From: Gammaproteobacteria bacterium
Lineage (GTDB): Bacteria > Pseudomonadota > Gammaproteobacteria > Natronospirales > REEB76
Direction of reading: 5' to 3'
Assembly (NCBI GenBank): GCA_028864905.1
Contig: JAGWLP010000001.1
Span: forward strand, 1 to 55,782
Length of the DNA stretch: 55,782 bases
Under the pieces are notes generated by a model, which saw only the letters and a list, made by a program, of their open reading frames with translations, had not been told where the DNA came from and ran no database searches. Below, piece by piece: positions 19,089-30,510 of this stretch (position 1 is the first letter of the stretch; each line of letters begins with the position of its first letter). The position numbers and the translations under genes were made by a program.

Positions 19089-19155
19089 GTCATTCTCGCG
19101 AAAGCGGGAATCCAGGAAAACCAAATACCTGGAGCCCCGCCTACGCGGAGGTGAC
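19089..19155. repeat. Inverted pair of GTCATTCC..GGAATCCAG-type REP units (second copy degenerate)
   Basis: Forward unit GTCATTCTCGCGAAAGCGGGAATCCAGG (19089-19116). Inverted unit CTGGAGCCCCGCCTACGCGGAGGTGAC (19129-19155). Same family as 19394-19442 and 25396-25460. Confidence 0.65.
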
Positions 19156-19189
19156 AAGTTAATAAAGTTTCCTTAACCGAGCAACCATC

Positions 19190-19375
19190 ATGCACATCAC
19201 GCTCAACATCAACCTGCTGGTCATCTTCACCATCGTCGGCGGCCTCATAGTTCTTCTGTGGCCGGGGCTGTTTCAGAAAATCAGGGTGCTGCGCTACATC
19301 GCCGGCATCGGCCTCATCGTGCTGGGCGTGCTCGCGCTCCTGGGCATTCTGATCCCGTACGTGAACAAACTCTGA
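19190..19375 (+). CDS. Small two-TM membrane protein, DUF3096-like
   Basis: 61 aa, MHITLNINLLVIFTIVGGLIVLLWPGLFQKIRVLRYIAGIGLIVLGVLALLGILIPYVNKL. The pattern of two hydrophobic helices around a P..L...Y motif resembles DUF3096 proteins (from memory). No convincing SD. Flanked by REP units on both sides. Confidence 0.5.
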   Translation: MHITLNINLLVIFTIVGGLIVLLWPGLFQKIRVLRYIAGIGLIVLGVLALLGILIPYVNKL

Positions 19376-19393
19376 TAAAGCCCAGCCCGCTTC

Positions 19394-19442
19394 GTCATTC
19401 CGGTGAAGCTTGTCCCCGCGAAGGCGGGGAGCCGGAATCCAG
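19394..19442. repeat. Composite REP unit of the GTCATTCC..GGAATCCAG family
   Basis: GTCATTCCGG-tgaagcttgt-CCCCGCGAAGGCGGGG-ag-CCGGAATCCAG. The outer arms pair and an inner perfect hairpin sits inside. Lies between the convergent DUF3096-like ORF and the TPR pseudogene. Confidence 0.65.
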
Positions 19443-19502
19443 CGAATTCAACAATCTTCGCGGCAAGTCTTACCTTGCAATTGAGCGCCGCAAAGTGCGA
19501 CG

Positions 19503-21579
19503 TCAATGGGTGGAAGCGGGGGCGGAGGGTACAGCGGGGGCTGCAGTGTCGTAGGTGACCGTGGGTTTGTAATTCGCGTATTGCTGCAGCAGCGCCTGGA
19601 AGCGCGGGTCGTGGCGGATCGGATCCAAAAACGGGTCGAGCCGCAGCAGCACAGGCGAGTAAAAAGCGCCGATACCTGGCGAGGCGAGCGCTTTGGCGAA
19701 CAATGGCACGGCGAGATCCGCGTGGCGGGCTTGCGCGTACAGTTGCGCATTAAGCACCATGTCTCGCGGCCCGTACAACCGATCCACGGTTTGATCGTCA
19801 ATGGCTCGCGCCTTGGCGACGGCATGCAAACCAGCCGCGGCGTGACCGAGCCCCAATTCATCGTCGGCAACGGCTTGTCACACCAATGCCAGATTGATGC
19901 CCTGCTGCACGCGGAGTTGCGCGCGGGCACCAGGGAGCACCTGTGTGTACAGGAGCCGTGCATGCGCACTATCGCCCATCAGCCGGTACAGGTCCGCCTG
20001 TTGCTGAGCCTTCACGCCACCGAATGAAAAGTTGTCAGGTGTGTCCGGGATGCTGTCGAGCAACGCGAGCGCTTCAGTGTATTTGCGCTGCTCGGTCAAC
20101 AGGGGGACACGTGCCAACTTCAATACCGGATCGTCGCCTTGCGCTACGCTCAGCGCACGCGGAATGTCGCCGGTACTTAACAGGATGGCCTGGGAGAGTT
20201 GAAACTTCGCATTTTGGTTATCCGGGTTCAGCGCCAGCGCACGCTGGAAGAGGTTCTCGGCATCGGTATTGCGGCTGGTGCACATGTACGTTATACCCAA
20301 GTTGAAAGCCAAGACGGAATTGCGCGGATCGAGCGCCAGTGCTTGCTCCAGCGAGGCGGTTGCGTCGTCGAAGCGGCCTTGACGGCGTTCGACATTGGCT
20401 TGCGCCGCGAGCGCATCGGCATCGCTGGACTTGAGCTTGAGTGCCGCGGCGAAGGCTCGCAGCGCGGCGTCGTAATCACCGCGGCCCCAGTATTCGTTGT
20501 AGCCGACGGCGAGATGCGCAGCGGACAGGTTGGGTCGTAATTGCAGCGCGCATTCGGCATCCGCGCGCGCCTGCTGATTGAGCTGCTTGACATCCACGCC
20601 GCCGCCAAAGAACCAGGCGAGTTCACTTTCGTTGTAGGGCAACCGCGCCCAGGCGAGCGCGAAGTTCGGGTCCTGTTCGACCGCCTGCCGGTACAAGAGG
20701 ATCGCGGCTTTCCAACTGGTCGCGTTGAAGGTGGTGTCGCCCTGGTTGGCCTGATACTCGGCGCGCAGAAACAGGTCGTAGGCTGCCTGGTTCTGCGTCG
20801 GCACCGCGGCCAGTTGCGCGCTCTGCGCGGACGAGAGCTTCACGTCCAGCGCATCGGCGATCTTGCCCGCCACCTCACTCTCGACACCGAAAATGTTATC
20901 CAGCGTGCGCGTGTAGCTTTCCGCCCACAGGTGTGCATCGGATTGCACATCGATCAACTGCACGTTGATCAACACCTCGTTGCCGGCCGATGGCTTTCAG
21001 ATTGTCCGGATGGCTCTGGTATTCTGCGGTCGAGGTGCGCGAAATCACCTTGAGATCGCCGATGTCGGCCAACTTGGTCAGAATCAGCCCCTACATGCCG
21101 GCCACGAAGTATTCGTTGTTCTTGTCCGCCGTGAGGTTCTCAAACGGCAAGGCCGCAATGGATTTGGCGGGTACCGGGGCCGCTGCAACCTGCTCCAATC
21201 TCTGCGCATGCAATTCGGAAAACTGCCAGGCGTAGAACCCGGAAACCGCGGTCAGCACCACTACCAACACGGATACCGCCGTCCCGAGTTTGCGGTGCTG
21301 GTGTTGCCATGCGCTGCTTCCCGACGCATCCCTGGGCCGTGCCAGCAACCAAGTGAGCACCAGCACCACCGGCAGGCTGACCAGCAATACAATCACCAGC
21401 GGCAGCACCGCCCCGGACCAGCCAAAGTACGGAAATACATGCGCCGCGACCTGCATCACGAAACCGATAACAATCGCGTAGGGAATCACCACGCGGCCGA
21501 TATAGTGCCGCTTCAGGCGGTCAAACCAGCTTAATGCCTCGTCGGTCACGGTCCGTCGCACTTCCTGTGCGGTTTGCAC
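19503..21579 (-). pseudogene. Disrupted gene for a membrane-anchored TolB-N-like/TPR repeat protein (two in-frame stops plus one frameshift)
   Basis: Three collinear ORFs: 21579-21091, 20975-19878 and 19856-19503. Fragment 1 ends ...SIAALPFENLTADKNNEYFVAGM at TAG 21093..21091, and the same frame continues GLILTKLADIGDLKVISRTSTAEYQ. The frame changes near 20976-20995. Fragment 2 (TPR repeats) ends at TGA 19880..19878, and the same frame continues QAVADDELGLGHAAAGLH.... Confidence 0.75.
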
Positions 21580-21603
21580 CGTGAATATCTTATACCTGTG
21601 TGC

Positions 21604-22365
21604 TCAGCCCTTGCGGGCTGCGAGCCTCGCCAGCATGGCGCGCATGGCGGCCTGGGTTTCCGCGCTGAACCATACGTTCATCAGGTCCTCGTGGCTGCGC
21701 TCGCCCAGATCATCAAACAGTGTGACGAGGTCCGCCCGCGCCAGCATGCGAGTGGCCGCGACGGCCTGCGGGGGCAAGGCCAGCAGGCTGCGGCACCATT
21801 CGAGCGCGGCAGGAATCACCTGCTCCATCGGCAACACCTGGTCCACCAACCCGATGCGCAGCGCTTCGTCGGGCGCAATCAATAAACCATGCAGGCATAG
21901 GCGTTCCGCCTGGCGCGCGCCTAGCAGACGCTGCATGGCGGCATAAATGACCGCCGGCACGGGCAGACCCACCTGCACTTCATTCAAGCCGATCTTGAAC
22001 TCGCCCTGAGCGGCTATGCGCGTATCGCAGAAAATCGCAAGCACCGCGCCACCCGCAGGGCTGTGGCCGGTGATGGCCGCGGCAACGGGAATCGGCGACT
22101 GGGCAATCGCCCGCAGCAGCTCAATGAACTCCTTCCAGAAAGTGCCCATGGCAGCGGCATCGAGCTTCAGGAGTTCCGGCACATCCAGACCGGCGGAAAA
22201 CATGCCCTCGGCGCCGGACAGAATCAGCGCGCGTGTGCCGCTCCTGCCGGCCGACTCGATGGCCTGATGTAGCGCGTGCACCAAGGCCGGATTCAGGGCA
22301 TTGGCCGGCGAATGTGCCAGCCGCAGTTCCAAGATTCCGTTTCCATGTTCAAATTTCGTCAGCAC
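21604..22365 (-). CDS. Enoyl-CoA hydratase/isomerase (crotonase) family protein, delta3-delta2-enoyl-CoA isomerase-like
   Basis: 253 aa, GTG start with GGAG 6 nt upstream. LILSGAEGMFSAGLDVPEL, ITGHSPAGGAVLAIFCDTRIAA, IGLNEVQVGLPVP are crotonase-fold oxyanion-hole regions. Confidence 0.85.
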   Translation of the reverse strand: MLTKFEHGNGILELRLAHSPANALNPALVHALHQAIESAGRSGTRALILSGAEGMFSAGLDVPELLKLDAAAMGTFWKEFIELLRAIAQSPIPVAAAITGHSPAGGAVLAIFCDTRIAAQGEFKIGLNEVQVGLPVPAVIYAAMQRLLGARQAERLCLHGLLIAPDEALRIGLVDQVLPMEQVIPAALEWCRSLLALPPQAVAATRMLARADLVTLFDDLGERSHEDLMNVWFSAETQAAMRAMLARLAARKG

Positions 22366-22379
22366 CGCTTTCTCCAGCT

Positions 22380-22560
22380 TTTTCGAACCTGTCTCACAAT
22401 TTATTCACATCCGGGGGATCAAGGCTGGTGCCAGATCTGAGCATGGTGCCGAAGGCACGAAGTTTAAGGGCAGCATGTTCCTTAATATCCAGTGTTTCGA
22501 CTTCGTGGAGCTGCGCTCCACTACGCTCAACACGAGCGGTTAGAGAATCTGAATTTAAGT
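22380..22560. ncRNA. Candidate structured RNA / regulatory leader in the low-GC ispF-crotonase spacer (identity and strand unresolved)
   Basis: ~47% GC against a ~65% background. No credible ORF. Dense helices: GTGCC-GAA-GGCAC (22446-22458), CACGAAGT (22456-63) with ACTTCGTG (22500-07), TTAAGG (22464-69) with CCTTAA (22480-85), and GTGGAGC-TGC-GCTCCAC (22505-21). The long-range helix competes for 3 nt with each flanking hairpin. Confidence 0.25.
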
Positions 22561-22561
22561 T

Positions 22562-23038
22562 CTAGCTATCCGCGTCCACTAGTACCACCGCGTGGACTGC
22601 AATGCCTTCGCCGCGGCCGATGTAGCCCAGACCTTCGGTGGTGGTGGCCTTGACGTTCACGCAATCGCGCGGCAATTTCAAATCCGCGGCCAGATTTGCA
22701 CACATGGCCGGAATGTGCGGCGCCATTTTCGGCGCTTGCGCGATGATGGTGGCATCCACTTGCACGGGCTTTAGCCCGCGCTCTGCCAGAAGTTTTAATA
22801 CCTGCGCCAACAGCTTGCGGCTGTCGGCATTTTTGTAACGTGCGTCAGTGTCGGGAAAATGGCGGCCGATGTCGCCGAGTGCCGCCGCACCCAGCAGCGC
22901 ATTGCACACCGCATGCAACAGTACGTCGCCGTCGGAATGCGCCTGGGTACCGTGCGTATGCGGAATATGCACGCCGCCCAGAACAAATTCAGTCCCGGGT
23001 CCGAAGGCATGCACATCAAAGCCCTGTCCGATTCTCAT
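22562..23038 (-). CDS. ispF: 2-C-methyl-D-erythritol 2,4-cyclodiphosphate synthase
   Basis: 158 aa from [48 protein letters not shown] overlap with the ispD stop. The 279-aa track ORF is an extension through ispD. Confidence 0.95.
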   Translation of the reverse strand: MRIGQGFDVHAFGPGTEFVLGGVHIPHTHGTQAHSDGDVLLHAVCNALLGAAALGDIGRHFPDTDARYKNADSRKLLAQVLKLLAERGLKPVQVDATIIAQAPKMAPHIPAMCANLAADLKLPRDCVNVKATTTEGLGYIGRGEGIAVHAVVLVDADS

Positions 23039-23742
23039 GCACGTGCTCCCAAGATGGCCTCTGCCAGCGTGACGTCCGCGGGCCGCGTGATCTTGATGTT
23101 GTCGCTGCGGCCCTCGACCACGCGCACCTGCCCGGGATGCGCGGTTTCCATGGCGGCGGCTTCGTCGGTCGGCACCCGCCCCGAATCCAGCGCAGTCTGC
23201 AGCGCGATTTGCAACAAGCCAAAGCGGAACATCTGCGGCGTGAATGCACGCCACAGCTTCTGCCGGTCGGGCGTCGCCTGGATGGTGCCATCCTCGGCAA
23301 CCTGCTTCACGGTATCGGCGAGCGGTGCGGCCAGGATACCGCCCACGGCGTCCCGTTCGAGCGTGTGCATCAGCTTGTCGAGATCCTCGGCATGCAGGCA
23401 CGGACGCACCGCATCGTGCACCAGCACCCAGTCGTTCGCATGCAATTCGTCGCGCAGACTGTGCAGGGCATTGAGTACCGAATGCGCGCGCTGCGCCCCG
23501 CCTTGCGCCAGCTTCACCGGCTTGCTCCAGGCGCGCACCAGGCAGCGCCGGGCGTAAACATCATCGTCGGCCACGGCCACGGTGACCGCGGCAATGCGGG
23601 CCTGCGCAAGCAGGCACTCAAGCGTGTGCTCGATGACCGTGCGCCCGGCGAGCGGCAGATACTGCTTGGGAACTTCACCGCCCATGCGCGTCCCGCGGCC
23701 CGCGGCGGGAACGATGGCCCAGAATCTCGGCCCGGGCGACAT
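23035..23742 (-). CDS. ispD: 2-C-methyl-D-erythritol 4-phosphate cytidylyltransferase
   Basis: 235 aa. [45 protein letters not shown]. Confidence 0.95.
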   Translation of the reverse strand: MSPGPRFWAIVPAAGRGTRMGGEVPKQYLPLAGRTVIEHTLECLLAQARIAAVTVAVADDDVYARRCLVRAWSKPVKLAQGGAQRAHSVLNALHSLRDELHANDWVLVHDAVRPCLHAEDLDKLMHTLERDAVGGILAAPLADTVKQVAEDGTIQATPDRQKLWRAFTPQMFRFGLLQIALQTALDSGRVPTDEAAAMETAHPGQVRVVEGRSDNIKITRPADVTLAEAILGARA

Positions 23743-23746
23743 GCGG

Positions 23747-25365
<1,619 letters not shown>

Positions 25366-25395
25366 TCAATACCTCAGCCTTGGCGCTAAATCGTC

Positions 25396-25460
25396 GTCGC
25401 CCCGGCGAAAGCCGGGGTCCAGGTTTTAAGCAGCTGGATTCCGGCTTTCGCCGGAATGAC
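25396..25460. repeat. Inverted pair of GTCATTCC..GGAATCCAG-type REP units in the kdsA-eno spacer
   Basis: Forward unit GTCGCCCCGGCGAAAGCCGGGGTCCAGG (25396-25423). Inverted unit CTGGATTCCGGCTTTCGCCGGAATGAC (25434-25460). Stems differ from the 19.1-kb copies by compensatory changes. Confidence 0.7.
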
Positions 25461-25486
25461 GCCACGCATGGTTTTCACTTTTTTGT

Positions 25487-28077
<2,591 letters not shown>

Positions 28078-29418
28078 TTATTTTTGCAACGGCGGATGCA
28101 CGCGCCACTGAATACGCAGACCGGGCTCACCTTTGCCGGCGGCAAACCGGGCACACACGAACAGGCCGGCCACGGCCGCGAGTTCGTCACCGGCGTAAAT
28201 CAGCGGCAGGCGCTCGCGCATCCAGGGCAGTACCGCGAATTCCTGCAGCCATTTCTTCAACGGCCGGCGATGCGCGCGGCCCGCCGGGCGGCAAATCTCG
28301 CCGCCGCTGCGAAACCGGATGCGCAAGCCATCCGTGGGGCACAAGGACGCACGCAGGCCCTCACTGTCCACCGCCTGCAGAAAAAGGCTCCCCAGCCCGG
28401 CACCGAGGTCCTGCTCAATTCCCGGACGCAGCCGCAGTTCCTCTGCCGGTGCCTCCGGCAACGGCGCCATGGCATACAGACGCCCGCGGAAACGGCGCAA
28501 TTCCGCGCCCTGCCAGTTCACGCGCGGATTGCGATCCGCGCCGGCCGCCAGTACTTCGGTAAACACCTGCTCGAGTTTGTGCGCCGGAGGTGCCGGCAAC
28601 TCCAGCTTGTCGATCCAGAAACGCAGCAGATTCCCGGCACGCGGCACGCTCAGCTTGCGCAGCGCCGCCACCGCCAGCGACCGGCCCTCGCTATCGGCAC
28701 ACTGCTTCCAGTCCTCGGTTGCCAGGGCAGCGAGCAGTTCCACGGCCTCACCGCAATGGCGCGCACTGCGGCTCACGGTCGCCGCGGCCGCGGGCCAGCG
28801 TGCTTTCAGCCGCGGCAGGATTTCATGGCGCAGGTAGTTGCGCGCAAAGCGCGTGTCGGCATTACTGGGATCCTCCAGCCAGTCGCAGCGCTGTAACTCC
28901 GCCCAGGTGCGCAATTCCGCGCGCGTGAACCCGAGCAACGGTCGCGCCAATTTCCCGGCGCCGCATTTTGCGCACGCACGCATGGCCGCCAAACCGCGCA
29001 GGCCGGCACCGCGCAGCGCCTGCAGCAGAAACGTCTCGAGTTGATCGTCCTGATGATGTGCGAGCAGCAGCAGGTCTCCGGCACGCAGCAATTTGCGGTA
29101 CGCCGCGTAACGTTGCGCCCGCGCCACGGCTTCGAGGCTTTCGCCCCTGGCCGGGGCCACGTTGACGTCGCGGCACTCAAGCGGCACGTTCAGTTGCGCG
29201 CACACGCGTGCACAGTGCGCCTGCCAGGCATCCGCCTGCGGCTGCAGGTGATGGTTTACGTGCACCGCGCGCAGCTCGCCGCCGAGCGCCGCACGGCATT
29301 GCGCCAACGCATGCAGCAGCACGCTGGAATCCAGTCCGCCGCTGTAGGCCACCCAATAGCGCTGCGCGGCCGGAAGGCCGCGCAGCGTGTTCAACAATTT
29401 GTCGGCATCGAAGTTCAC
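28078..29418 (-). CDS. tilS: tRNA(Ile)-lysidine synthase
   Basis: 446 aa, GTG start. PP-loop YWVAYSGGLDSSVLLHAL. Between accA and pyrG. Confidence 0.9.
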   Translation of the reverse strand: MNFDADKLLNTLRGLPAAQRYWVAYSGGLDSSVLLHALAQCRAALGGELRAVHVNHHLQPQADAWQAHCARVCAQLNVPLECRDVNVAPARGESLEAVARAQRYAAYRKLLRAGDLLLLAHHQDDQLETFLLQALRGAGLRGLAAMRACAKCGAGKLARPLLGFTRAELRTWAELQRCDWLEDPSNADTRFARNYLRHEILPRLKARWPAAAATVSRSARHCGEAVELLAALATEDWKQCADSEGRSLAVAALRKLSVPRAGNLLRFWIDKLELPAPPAHKLEQVFTEVLAAGADRNPRVNWQGAELRRFRGRLYAMAPLPEAPAEELRLRPGIEQDLGAGLGSLFLQAVDSEGLRASLCPTDGLRIRFRSGGEICRPAGRAHRRPLKKWLQEFAVLPWMRERLPLIYAGDELAAVAGLFVCARFAAGKGEPGLRIQWRVHPPLQK

Positions 29419-29439
29419 GGCGCCCGGACGAATACCGCG

Positions 29440-30396
29440 TCACTCCTTGAACGTGCCAAAGGAAGTGAAGCGCTTGTAACGCATCTCCAGCAGTTCATCC
29501 ATGGACATGTGCTCCAGACGGCTGAGGTTGTCCACCAGTGCTTTCTTGATGGCAGCGGCCATGGCATCCACATTGCGATGCGCGCCGCCCAGCGGTTCCT
29601 TGAGCACCGCATCAATCAACCCGAGGTTCTTGAGGCGCTCGGCGGTGATGCCCATGGCCTCGGCGGCGTCGCTGGCCTTGTCCGCGCTCTTCCACAGGAT
29701 CGAAGCGCAACCTTCGGGTGAAATCACCGAGTAAATGCTGTATTGCAGCATCAGCACGCGATCGCCCACGCCGATTGCCAGCGCGCCACCGGAACCGCCT
29801 TCGCCGATCACGGTAGCGATGATCGGCACGCGCAGCCCGGACATCTCGAACAGGTTGCGGGCGATGGCCTCGGACTGGCCGCGCTCCTCCGCGCCCACGC
29901 CCGGGTAGGCTCCGGGTGTATCGATGAAGGTCATGAGCGGCAGGCGCATGCGCTCCGCAAGCTTCATGATGCGCAAGGCCTTGCGGTAACCCTCGGGACG
30001 CGGCATGCCGAAATTGCGCCGCACTTTTTCCTTGGTGTCGCGGCCTTTCTGCTCGCCGACGATCATCACCGGCCGGCCGTCGAGACGCGCCACGCCCGCG
30101 ACAATCGCCGCATCGTCGCCGAAGGCGCGATCACCGTGCAGCTCTTCGAAATCGGTGAAAATGCGCGAAATGTAATCCAGCGTGTAGGGCCGCAACGGGT
30201 GGCGCGCAAGCTGCGCGACCTGCCAAGCGCTGAGGTTCGAGAAGATGGTCTCGGTGAGCATGCGGCTCTTGGCCTGCAGGCGTTCGATTTCGTCGGTGAT
30301 GCTGACCGCGGATTCGTCGCCCACGAAGCGCAATTCCTCGATCTTGGCTTCGAGCTCGGCGATCGGCTGTTCGAATTCAAGGAAATTGAATTTCAT
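29440..30396 (-). CDS. accA: Acetyl-CoA carboxylase carboxyltransferase subunit alpha
   Basis: 318 aa from [63 protein letters not shown]. Confidence 0.95.
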   Translation of the reverse strand: MKFNFLEFEQPIAELEAKIEELRFVGDESAVSITDEIERLQAKSRMLTETIFSNLSAWQVAQLARHPLRPYTLDYISRIFTDFEELHGDRAFGDDAAIVAGVARLDGRPVMIVGEQKGRDTKEKVRRNFGMPRPEGYRKALRIMKLAERMRLPLMTFIDTPGAYPGVGAEERGQSEAIARNLFEMSGLRVPIIATVIGEGGSGGALAIGVGDRVLMLQYSIYSVISPEGCASILWKSADKASDAAEAMGITAERLKNLGLIDAVLKEPLGGAHRNVDAMAAAIKKALVDNLSRLEHMSMDELLEMRYKRFTSFGTFKE

Positions 30397-30510
30397 CGCG
30401 GCGGCCGGACCTCTCGGGAAGGGCAAACGTTACCGGCTGGCTTGGCGGCGGGCAACCCCCCGGATGAACACCATCCGGGCTCCGGTCGATGGTCGGCGCA
30501 CTCGGGACGC

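Noticed and set aside
19878-21093. In-frame TGA (19878-19880) and TAG (21091-21093) as selenocysteine/pyrrolysine or stop-codon reassignment.
   Set aside because: The same gene also carries a frameshift. No SECIS-like hairpin follows the TGA. TGA functions as a genuine stop in dozens of genes here, including the prfB frameshift site. Pseudogenisation is the simpler reading.
22366-22561. Calling this spacer 6S RNA (ssrS) or a TPP riboswitch.
   Set aside because: Only a ~30-nt stretch loosely resembles E. coli 6S. I could not pair the 5' and 3' ends into the long closing stem, and the usual ygfA context is absent. The GAUCUGG..CCAGC resemblance to the TPP aptamer lacks the CUGAGA element in the right order, and the downstream gene is unrelated to thiamine. 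It is kept only as an unclassified structured-RNA candidate.
22233-22565. Plus-strand ORFs of 80-110 aa across the ispF-crotonase spacer.
   Set aside because: They begin inside the antisense of the crotonase gene, have no SD, show odd composition and are interrupted by the strong RNA-like helices. They are not credible coding sequence.
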